Source: a virus (lineage: Duplodnaviria; Caudoviricetes). From it: DNA of 33,690 nt. Below are positions 15,082 through 22,602 of this stretch, piece by piece (position 1 is the first letter of the stretch; every line of letters starts with the position of its first letter). The notes under the pieces were generated by a model. That model was not told the origin of the DNA and did no database searches. It was given only the letters and a program-made list of their open reading frames with translations. Location: positions 1 through 33,690 of the IMG/VR virus record IMGVR_UViG_3300038829_000106; one strand, given 5' to 3'. The position numbers and the translations under genes were made by a program.

Positions 15082-15150
15082 TCGCTGCGGATGGAGTTGA
15101 ACCATCACGGCCAGGCTTATGGGGCCCGCCTTCCTCCGAGGAACGCAGCG
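15082..15150 (-). tRNA. Non-canonical tRNA(CAT)-like RNA with a truncated D-arm, C33 and no encoded CCA
   Basis: CGCTGCG/CGCAGCG acceptor plus A73; TTCCT-CGG-AGGAA mini D hairpin; CGGGC-CCCATAA-GCCTG anticodon arm; GATGG-TTCAACT-CCATC T-arm; 69 nt. Confidence 0.8.
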
Positions 15151-15160
15151 GGGGCAGGTG

Positions 15161-15376
15161 TTACTTCTTCGATGTCCGCGCCGGCTTCACGGGAGCCTCG
15201 GAAGGCACGGCATAGAGCACGTTCGCCCATGGGAATTGGACGCAACACTTGTCGCCCCAGATGGTCACAACGCCGGCCTCGTGCTCGATGATGTGGCCGT
15301 GCCCCTCGGTGAAGAACTGCCCCGATGTCACGCCGAGAGTGACGGGGGATGCCGATGTCAGCTTGGTGTACCTCAT
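15161..15376 (-). CDS. 71-aa beta-rich hypothetical protein
   Basis: AAAGGA RBS, GTG start; ends VQFPWANVLY plus a basic tail; stop is 10 nt before the tRNA-like element. Confidence 0.6.
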   Translation of the reverse strand: MRYTKLTSASPVTLGVTSGQFFTEGHGHIIEHEAGVVTIWGDKCCVQFPWANVLYAVPSEAPVKPARTSKK

Positions 15377-15397
15377 ATCGAAATATCCTTTCTAGCA

Positions 15398-15823
15398 TCA
15401 AAGCACCCCATCGAATCGGCGCATGGGCCGGTATTGCCATGAGGCAGGCAGGTCGAGACTCACCCCGGCAGGGGTTCGGTGCGTGTACTCCACGGCATGG
15501 TCGCGGAAGTCCTCTAGCATCCAGCTGGCGATACCCAGGCGTTGCCAGCGAGGCTTGACCGCAACGTAATGGAGTTGTCCGCCAAGGCCCCAGCACATCC
15601 AACCGTAAAGGCTCGACGGGACATCGGGCATGCATGCGACGAGGACCGTGCTCCGCGCCAGGATGGGATTCAGTAGCATCCTGTACAGCGTTTCGAACAC
15701 CGAGTGCTCGACGCCTCTCGAGGCCGCTGTGTACGTCCGAAGCCACGAGGCGCGGACCATGTTCAGCTCGCTCGTGTCGGCCGGATTCCACTCGCGCAGG
15801 AGCGGAGCAACAGGGAGCTTCAC
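15398..15823 (-). CDS. GNAT-family acetyltransferase
   Basis: GTG 15823 overlaps the terS stop; VLVAC...LYGW...LHYVAVKPRWQRLGIASWML contains the acetyl-CoA-binding motif A. Confidence 0.85.
   Translation of the reverse strand: MKLPVAPLLREWNPADTSELNMVRASWLRTYTAASRGVEHSVFETLYRMLLNPILARSTVLVACMPDVPSSLYGWMCWGLGGQLHYVAVKPRWQRLGIASWMLEDFRDHAVEYTHRTPAGVSLDLPASWQYRPMRRFDGVL
15404..15432. repeat. 29-bp direct repeat, copy 2 (encodes the GNAT C-terminal RPMRRFDGV)
   Basis: Identical to 15045-15073. Confidence 0.92.
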
Positions 15824-16221
15824 TTGCCCGTTCCCGCCCTGGCCTTGTGAATCTCCGCGGCCGCGAGAACAATCTCCTCGGCCTCCGCAAGCGTGAGCGG
15901 CTTCGGCGGCGCCACATCGCGACGAGGCCCCCACTCTTTCGGTAGGCGTCGCTCGAGAAGCCACGCAAGCGCCTGCCAAGAGCGCTCGCCGGCCACCTGA
16001 ATGGCCACCAGGTTATCCTCAACCCACTGCGCCAGCGCCGCGTCCAGCTTAGCGACAAGCGTGGCGTACGGCTCTTCTCCGCGCTTGCCGTGGGCTCGCC
16101 ATTCGAAAAGCGTGGTCGGGCCAATCCCGGCCGACCGTGCGGCGCCGGCCCACGTGGAGCCTGCGCGAACCGCCTTCACGAGACGCTGGGTGACGAGGTC
16201 GTCCAGCTTTACCGGCTTCAC
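15820..16221 (-). CDS. terS: Terminase small subunit-like HTH protein
   Basis: G.....AA..AGI...T.FEW...G HTH, and SWQA.AWLLERR.P.EWG motif; upstream of terL. Confidence 0.75.
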   Translation of the reverse strand: MKPVKLDDLVTQRLVKAVRAGSTWAGAARSAGIGPTTLFEWRAHGKRGEEPYATLVAKLDAALAQWVEDNLVAIQVAGERSWQALAWLLERRLPKEWGPRRDVAPPKPLTLAEAEEIVLAAAEIHKARAGTGK

Positions 16222-16433
16222 TGCGCGGCCTCTGGAACTGCATCAGGGCTCAGGGACCTGAGCAATCCGCGCAGCTGCGAATACAGCCGAGCACATGACT
16301 CGCGCTTGTCGGCGTGGCGCACGCTAAGCGGGTCAATCTCGTAAACCCGCAGGGTGGGAGGGCTAACGTCTGCCAACTTCGCAGCACGTCGCAGGGAGAT
16401 TCCGAGCTCCACGCGGATAGCGGCATCACGCAT
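16218..16433 (-). CDS. Small HTH regulator heading the packaging operon
   Basis: IRVELGISLRRAAKLADVSPPTLRVYE HTH; TGA overlaps the terS GTG. Confidence 0.7.
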   Translation of the reverse strand: MRDAAIRVELGISLRRAAKLADVSPPTLRVYEIDPLSVRHADKRESCARLYSQLRGLLRSLSPDAVPEAAQ

Positions 16434-16544
16434 ATGACCTACGTATCCCAGACACCAGAACGGCGCTAGTCCGTGTTGGGTTGTTCAAAACGAGTAAGCC
16501 AACGACGGTAGGCGGTCGCCGGCGATTCTAGATACGAAACTAGC

Positions 16545-16784
16545 GTGGCAGATCTCGATGCGCTTCGAGAGCTCGCCGCCTGGATGAGGGCGGAAGACGT
16601 CTCGTATGCCCGATGCGGGGATATCGAGCTGCAGCTCGCTCCACGCGCAGCCGCAATCGCGCATGTGTCGCTCGAAGATCCCAAGCTTGACGAGCTCGAC
16701 GAGCGGGAAGAGCGCCGGCGAACGTATGCCACGCTTCTGCACTCCAGTGGCGCCGACATCTCGCCATTCTTGGGTGACAGTTGA
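16545..16784 (+). CDS. Small hypothetical protein preceding the portal
   Basis: L..L..WMR...V......DIEL.L pattern; stop overlaps the portal start. Confidence 0.6.
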   Translation: MADLDALRELAAWMRAEDVSYARCGDIELQLAPRAAAIAHVSLEDPKLDELDEREERRRTYATLLHSSGADISPFLGDS

Positions 16785-18646
16785 GCGCGCCCGTCGACTC
16801 ACGTTGGTGGAGCGACGACTACGAAGGCCGCCGACACGAGGCGGTCGTCCGCGTCGTCCGCTCGATTCGGCAGAATCAAGAGTACCGCAAGGTAGACGAC
16901 CTGCTCCACGCCAGCCTCTACGGCAACCTGCCAATGATGGGCTTCGGCCTTGGCAGCGTCATTCGGCAGCGCTCCGCGAACACGTCGCGCCTGAGTCTAA
17001 ACGTCGTTCGCAACATGGTTGGCGCCGTGACCTCGAAAGTCGCCGCGAAGAACAAGCCCAAGCCGACATTCCTCACCGAGGGCGGCGATTACGAGCTTCG
17101 TCAGAAGGCGGAGAAGCTCGAAAAGTTCGTCGGCGGAGTGTTCTACGAATCGGGCATTTATCCCCTACTTACGAAGTGTTTTCGCGACGCGTGCGTGTAC
17201 GGGACGGGGTTTCTCAAGATCCACGAAGACGGCAAGAAGGTCTGCGTTGAGCGGGTTATCCCGTGGGAGATCGTCGTTGACGATGCGGAGAGCATCTACG
17301 CGGGTAGCGGCCTCAACTCCGGACCTCGCAGCATCTATCAGCGCAAGTACGTAGACAAGCTCGTCGCGATTGCCACATGGGTGGAAGACCCCGAGAGCGA
17401 AGAGGGCCGCGAGCTCACACACAAGCTCGAGGCGGCGAAGGGCTCGGCGGAGGACGCGGAATACGCGTACCAGTCTCAGGCCGAGCAAATCCTTGTCACG
17501 GAGGCCTGGCACCTTGGCGAGACGGACGACGTCCCCGGGCGCCACTGCATCGTCATCGACGGCGCGACGCTACTCGACGAGCCGTGGGAAGGCCCGTTCC
17601 CGTTCAGCGTCATCCGCTGGTCGGAACCGGTCGCGGGGTATTTCGGCATCGGCCTCGCCGAAGAGCTCGTCGGCATTCAGAACGAGATCAACAAGCTTCT
17701 CCTGCAGATTCAGCGCGGGCACCACCTCATCACGGGCCATTGGCTCGTCGACCAGGGCTCCAAGGTCTCGACCGCGCACATCAACAACGACCTCGCGTCC
17801 ATCGTCAAATACACGGGCATCGCGCCCCAGTACAACGCACCAAACGCCATCGCGCCGGACGTCTATCAGCATCTTTGGGCGGTGTATCAGAAGGCGTTTG
17901 AGATTGCGGGCATCTCCCAGGACAACGCGACGGGCTCCAAGCCTGCGGGCCTGAACAGCGGCGTTGCGCAGCGGACGTACCAGGACATCCAGACTGAGCG
18001 CTTTCTGGAAGTTGGCCAGAACTACGAAGAGTTCGTCATCGAAGCCGCACGCCAGGTCGTGCGCCGCGCCAAGGCGGTTGGCGGCAAGTACCGCGTTCGT
18101 GCTGTCGATAAGCAAAGGCTCGAATTCGTCGACTGGTCCGAGATTGACCTAGCCGAAGACCTCTACGTCATTCGCGTTTACCCGACGAGCATGCTGCCGA
18201 CCACGCCGGCAGGCCGTCTGCAGTGGGCGCAGGACATGATCCAGGCCGGCGTTATCCCGCCAGAGGACGTGCTCGACATCGTCGACTTCCCCGACACCGA
18301 GGCCTACGCGCGCCGCAAGAACGCGCCGCGAAAGCTCATCGAGCGAAACATCGCTCACATTCTCAAGACGGGCGAATTCATCTCGCCGGAGCCGTTCGAC
18401 AACCACGCGCTCGCGATGCGCCTGACGAACGAGGCCTACCACGAGGCTCGTCTTGACGGCGTGCCCGAAGACCGTCTCGAGCTGCTCCGCCGCTACATGG
18501 CCGACTCGGTCGACCTGGCACAGCCACCCCCCGCGCCGGCGCCCATGACGCCGCCCGGCGACATGCCTCCCCCGATGCCTGGCCCTGGCCCAATGGGTCC
18601 GCCGGGAATGCCTCCAATGCCACCCATGGGGCCACCGCTCCAATGA
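16781..18646 (+). CDS. Portal protein (P22-like podovirus type) with a Pro/Met/Gly-rich tail
   Basis: 621 aa; D..VYGTG..K, VERV.PWEI.VD, PF...W..P...YFG.G, SGVA; first large gene of the head module. Confidence 0.85.
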   Translation: MSAPVDSRWWSDDYEGRRHEAVVRVVRSIRQNQEYRKVDDLLHASLYGNLPMMGFGLGSVIRQRSANTSRLSLNVVRNMVGAVTSKVAAKNKPKPTFLTEGGDYELRQKAEKLEKFVGGVFYESGIYPLLTKCFRDACVYGTGFLKIHEDGKKVCVERVIPWEIVVDDAESIYAGSGLNSGPRSIYQRKYVDKLVAIATWVEDPESEEGRELTHKLEAAKGSAEDAEYAYQSQAEQILVTEAWHLGETDDVPGRHCIVIDGATLLDEPWEGPFPFSVIRWSEPVAGYFGIGLAEELVGIQNEINKLLLQIQRGHHLITGHWLVDQGSKVSTAHINNDLASIVKYTGIAPQYNAPNAIAPDVYQHLWAVYQKAFEIAGISQDNATGSKPAGLNSGVAQRTYQDIQTERFLEVGQNYEEFVIEAARQVVRRAKAVGGKYRVRAVDKQRLEFVDWSEIDLAEDLYVIRVYPTSMLPTTPAGRLQWAQDMIQAGVIPPEDVLDIVDFPDTEAYARRKNAPRKLIERNIAHILKTGEFISPEPFDNHALAMRLTNEAYHEARLDGVPEDRLELLRRYMADSVDLAQPPPAPAPMTPPGDMPPPMPGPGPMGPPGMPPMPPMGPPLQ

Positions 18647-18658
18647 AAGCCACGCCAC

Positions 18659-19615
18659 ATGGACGCTGAGCCCATCGACACGGGTGCAACCGTTTCTGTC
18701 CCGGACGGAGAGGTCACTCACGACCATCTTGTTCGAATCCTCGAGGACTCGCGAAAAAGTGAGCCTGCGGAGGGGGCGGAGCCGGTTGCGTCTGATGCCG
18801 AGGCGGAGGACGAGTCGAAGCCAGACCCGCAAACGGAACGCATCGCAGCACGCGTGCTCGCCGCGACTAAGGTTGAGCGACGTGCGGCCAAGGTGCGCGA
18901 GGAGCAGCGCGCACGCGCCGCAGATCTCGATGCTCGCGAGGCTCGAATCAAGCTCATCGAAGAGGACCCGGTGCGGTTCTTCGAGGAGTCGAAGGTTAGC
19001 CCGAAAGCCTTCCTCGAGAAGCTCGCTGGCGAGCAGTCGCCGGAGTCGCTCACGGCCAAAGAAATCGCGAGCATCAAGCGAGAGCTCGAAGCGGAGCGTG
19101 CCGCGCGACTCGAAGATCGAAAGCTGCGAGAGGACCTTGAGCGCCAGACGAAGTGGCAGTCTGTTGAGGCGCAGTCGAAGCAGGCCGCGCAGCAATTCGT
19201 AGAGCACATTGCCGAGAAGGCGGACGCTTATCCGCACCTCACCGAAGAGTTTACGCCGGATGAGATTGTGGCCCACGGGTTCGCTGTCGCTGAAAAGCAC
19301 GGCGAGGCGTACCGCAAACAGTACGGCGATTATCCCTCCGACGACGTCATCGCCGAATACCTGGAAGAGCAGGCTAAGGCGAGGGCCGAGGCGAGGGCCG
19401 CTTGGCGCCAGCGTGTAGGAAAAGGCGCATCTCCCAGCCAGGGTACCCCAGCAAAGCAGGGCCTACAGCAGAGGGCCGCGACAACCCCGCGCACGCTGAC
19501 GAATGGCGGATCTACTCAACGAGGCGCGGCTCCAAAGCCGTGGTCGCAAGCTGACGCGGATGCGGAATCACTTCGCATCATGAATCAGTATTACGCAACT
19601 CGTTCAGAGACCTGA
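18659..19615 (+). CDS. Capsid scaffolding protein
   Basis: Charged coiled coil between portal and capsid; acidic N-terminus, YP.L and PRTLTN motifs. Confidence 0.75.
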   Translation: MDAEPIDTGATVSVPDGEVTHDHLVRILEDSRKSEPAEGAEPVASDAEAEDESKPDPQTERIAARVLAATKVERRAAKVREEQRARAADLDAREARIKLIEEDPVRFFEESKVSPKAFLEKLAGEQSPESLTAKEIASIKRELEAERAARLEDRKLREDLERQTKWQSVEAQSKQAAQQFVEHIAEKADAYPHLTEEFTPDEIVAHGFAVAEKHGEAYRKQYGDYPSDDVIAEYLEEQAKARAEARAAWRQRVGKGASPSQGTPAKQGLQQRAATTPRTLTNGGSTQRGAAPKPWSQADADAESLRIMNQYYATRSET

Positions 19616-19667
19616 TTCGGCAGCTCGGTCGCGGGTGGCTTCCACCCTCTGACTCGGAGTTTGCAAA

Positions 19668-20909
19668 ATGGGCGTTCTCGACACAACCGCACTTAACGCG
19701 GTTCTCAAGACTCAATATACGCAGAAGAAGGTCAACCTCCTCTGCTACAAGAATAACCCCTTCTACGCGAAGGTAACCAAGCGCACGGACTTCGTCGGCG
19801 CAAACAAGGTCGTCGCGGTGCGTAATGCGTCGCCGCAGGGGCGCGGCGCGGGTTCGCTCGGCTTCACTGCCGGCCTCGCGAACATGTCGGCGTCTGTCTA
19901 CAACAAGTTCACCGTCACGCGTGTCTCCGACTACGCGTTTGGACAGGTTACGACCGAGGCGATTCGAGCGTCCAAGAACGACGCAGGCAGCCTTGTCGAG
20001 GGCCTGAAGACGGAAGTCGACGGCGCCATCTACACCTGCATGCGCTCGCTCGCGCTGGGCATGTACGGCAACTCGGGCGGCGCACGCGGTCAGATCTCGT
20101 CTGGCTCCAGCGTCGGCACGGCAACCATCACCCTCGCGAACCTCACGGACGTCGTGAACTTCGAAGTCGGGATGATCCTCAACCTCTCGGCCGCGGACGG
20201 TACGTCGGGCTCCAAGCGCACCGGCACCGTGACGCTCACGGGCGTCGACCGCATCGCGGGCACCCTCACCGCATCGGGCAACTGGACGGCCGGCATCTCG
20301 GCGGCCGCGACGGGCGACTACATTTTCCAAAACGGCGACATCGAAGCCACCAAGACGCTTGTGAGCGGCCTGCTCGGCTGGCTCCCGACGACGGCGCCCA
20401 CTAGCGGCGATTCGTTCTTTGGTCTTGACCGCAGCTCGGACGTCACTCGCCTCGCCGGCATTCGCTACTCGGCTGGCTCGGGCGGTCCCATTGAGGAAAC
20501 CCTCATCGACGCGGCGGCTCTCGTCTCGCGCGAGGGCGGTATGCCCGACTCGGTGTTTATGAACCCGGTCGACTACGCAAACCTCGTCAAGGCGCAGGCG
20601 ACAAAGGTCGTATTCGACCGCTCGAAGTCCTTCGACGAACCAGACATCGGCTTTAAGGCTCTGCAGTTGCAGGGCCCGACGGGGAGCATGGATGTCATTC
20701 CCGATCTGAACTGCCCCAAGGGGCGCGCGTTCATGCTGCAGATGGACACTTGGTGCTTCGAGTCGCTCGGCGCTGCCCCCGGCATCCTTGACGACGACGG
20801 CAACCGAATCCTTCGAAGCGCAACGGCGGATAGCTACATCATCCGCGTCGGCTACTTCGGAAACCTCACCTGCGTTGCGCCGGGCTTCAACGCAAACATC
20901 ACGCTCTGA
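19668..20909 (+). CDS. Major capsid protein (HK97 fold inferred)
   Basis: 413 aa after the scaffold; GGAG RBS; LK..Y, LYG...G, GL.GW, VIPD..CP, R.GY.GNL....PG.N motifs. Confidence 0.85.
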   Translation: MGVLDTTALNAVLKTQYTQKKVNLLCYKNNPFYAKVTKRTDFVGANKVVAVRNASPQGRGAGSLGFTAGLANMSASVYNKFTVTRVSDYAFGQVTTEAIRASKNDAGSLVEGLKTEVDGAIYTCMRSLALGMYGNSGGARGQISSGSSVGTATITLANLTDVVNFEVGMILNLSAADGTSGSKRTGTVTLTGVDRIAGTLTASGNWTAGISAAATGDYIFQNGDIEATKTLVSGLLGWLPTTAPTSGDSFFGLDRSSDVTRLAGIRYSAGSGGPIEETLIDAAALVSREGGMPDSVFMNPVDYANLVKAQATKVVFDRSKSFDEPDIGFKALQLQGPTGSMDVIPDLNCPKGRAFMLQMDTWCFESLGAAPGILDDDGNRILRSATADSYIIRVGYFGNLTCVAPGFNANITL

Positions 20910-20924
20910 GGGAGGCAGAAGAAC

Positions 20925-21317
20925 ATGGCAAATAGAGCCCTCTATCCCTCGCAGAGCTTCGGCTCCGGGCGAGTTTACATGGAGTTTGAGCTTCTCGGCG
21001 CTGGCGCCGCGGCACTCACACTCAGCACGGACGCGGCGCACGCCGTGGCAAGCGTGTCTCGCAGCGGTACCGGCGTTTACGTCGTGACCCTCAAGGACGC
21101 GTTTACCAAGGTCGTGTTCAAGGACGCAGAGATGGATGACACGCTCAACGACGGCGCTTATGCCACCGTGAGCGACGTGACCGGCGAAGGCACGGCGTCG
21201 CCCATCACGTTCACCATTCGCACTCGTGCGGCGGCAGGCACGGCCACCGAAGCCGCGTCCGCTCGGCGCATCGGCGTCCGTCTTGCTCTTCGCAACGGTA
21301 GCCGAGGCGAGACGTGA
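20925..21317 (+). CDS. Virion structural protein (decoration-like)
   Basis: GGAGG RBS; VASVSRSGTGVYVVTL beta motif; directly after the capsid gene. Confidence 0.65.
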   Translation: MANRALYPSQSFGSGRVYMEFELLGAGAAALTLSTDAAHAVASVSRSGTGVYVVTLKDAFTKVVFKDAEMDDTLNDGAYATVSDVTGEGTASPITFTIRTRAAAGTATEAASARRIGVRLALRNGSRGET

Positions 21318-21532
21318 AAGCGCACGGCCTCTCGGCGCTCATCGCGATCATGGGAAAGAAAAAGCCCGCGGGCGACTCCGAGCCTGATGGCGATGAGCCT
21401 ATCGACGACGGCGACGAACCCGACGACAGCGGGTTTGACGCCGCTGCCGACGAGCTTTTCGACGCCATCAAAGAAGACGACCGCGAGGGCGCGAAAGCTG
21501 CTCTCAAGGCCGCCATCTGCGCGTGCAAGTGA
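21314..21532 (+). CDS. Small acidic hypothetical protein
   Basis: GTGA coupling; D/E-rich, AA.EL.DAIK..D.E..K.ALK. Confidence 0.6.
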   Translation: MKAHGLSALIAIMGKKKPAGDSEPDGDEPIDDGDEPDDSGFDAAADELFDAIKEDDREGAKAALKAAICACK

Positions 21533-21540
21533 GGTAATCG

Positions 21541-22209
21541 ATGAGCCGCACGCGAACGCTAACGAACCTGCTTACAGACATCCGGCAACGGACCAACCAA
21601 GAAAACAGCACGTTCGTCACGGACGCGGAACTCACGGAGTATCTCAACCAAGAGCTAGCCGAGCTCTGGACGAAACTTGTCCAGGGCTCGGGCCAGCCGT
21701 TTTATCGCAGCTCGCAGGCCTACACGGTCACGGGGGCAACGACCCTGCAGGCGTTGCCCGCCACTTTCTTTGAGGTCCAAGAGGTCACGGCGACCATCGC
21801 CGGCATCACGGGTGCACTCGCGCCATTCATGGCCAGCGAACACGGCTGGCTTCAGTCGAGCGCCGTGTGGGGCTCCATGGTGGCCCTGCCTCCGCGGTAT
21901 CGCATTCAGGCGAGCAACATCGAGTTTTTGCCCGTTCAGCAGTCGTTCACGGCGACGCTGTACTACTCACCAACGCAGCCGCGCCTTGTGGCCAGCAACG
22001 ACACGTTCGACGGATTCGCCGGTTTCGAGATCGCAGCCATCTACGGCGCATGCGCCACGGTGCTCGCGAAAGAGGAGAGCGATCCAACGTTCTATCTTGG
22101 CCAGCGGGAGCGGATTTACTCGCACATCACGTCCCTAGCCTCGCAGCGTGACGCGAGCGCGCCCGAGCGCGTCCAGGACGTCACGGGGGGAGGTGAGCGG
22201 TGGCCCTGA
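21541..22209 (+). CDS. Head-tail adaptor (tail tubular A / gp4-like)
   Basis: TL..L...IRQR......FVTDAEL..YLN...EL N-terminus, LP..F; GAGG RBS; position. Confidence 0.75.
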   Translation: MSRTRTLTNLLTDIRQRTNQENSTFVTDAELTEYLNQELAELWTKLVQGSGQPFYRSSQAYTVTGATTLQALPATFFEVQEVTATIAGITGALAPFMASEHGWLQSSAVWGSMVALPPRYRIQASNIEFLPVQQSFTATLYYSPTQPRLVASNDTFDGFAGFEIAAIYGACATVLAKEESDPTFYLGQRERIYSHITSLASQRDASAPERVQDVTGGGERWP

Positions 22210-22592
22210 GACCAACGAAGACCGCCGCGCGCCAACCGCTGGCGCAGACGTTCGAGGCGCAGCAGGCGCAGCGTCAGGCGCAGATGGTCTCGCGCCAGGT
22301 CAACGCGTGCCCGTTTGTTACCGGCGTGATGCGTTCCGTGACCTTCGTGGCGGCCACCGCGAAAGTCGTGAATCACGGGCTGGGCTCGCCCGCCGCGTTC
22401 TTCGTCGCGCGCCACAACTACGATTCAGCCAGCGCCTACCCTCGCATCGTCGAGAGCGCGCCCGCCATTCAGGCCGGCATCGACACGAAAAACCAGATGT
22501 TCATCGTCGCGGACGCGGCGTGCACGGTTGACCTGTGGTTCTACCCGCTCGCCTCCAAGACCATCGATACGGCCACGGGGCAGAGCAAGTGA
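22200..22592 (+). CDS. Small tail-associated protein
   Basis: GTG after GGAGG; V.HGLG.P motif; lies between the adaptor and the nozzle. Confidence 0.6.
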   Translation: MALRPTKTAARQPLAQTFEAQQAQRQAQMVSRQVNACPFVTGVMRSVTFVAATAKVVNHGLGSPAAFFVARHNYDSASAYPRIVESAPAIQAGIDTKNQMFIVADAACTVDLWFYPLASKTIDTATGQSK

Positions 22593-22602
22593 GGGTCGCG
22601 TA

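Noticed and set aside
14941-15105. 54-aa minus-strand ORF ending ...ELWTLDDLMTEIEERLEST before terL
   Set aside because: Its start lies inside the tRNA-like T-arm with no RBS. The tail looks protein-like and may be a gene remnant, but it cannot be supported as a gene.
15082-15150. tRNA-like element as a second integration site or as an initiator tRNA
   Set aside because: Both acceptor strands are present, no second integrase is nearby, and the flanking repeat is not tRNA sequence. It lacks the C1:A72 mismatch, and the pair closing the anticodon loop is C-G, so the initiator run of three G-C pairs is absent.
15045-15432. 29-bp repeat pair as a diversity-generating retroelement TR/VR
   Set aside because: The copies are short and identical with no adenine-specific differences, and no reverse transcriptase is present in the window.
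18523-18643. Pro/Met/Gly low-complexity tail of the portal as a separate repeat element
   Set aside because: It is a disordered C-terminal extension of a kind common in podovirus-type portals, with no DNA-level periodicity.
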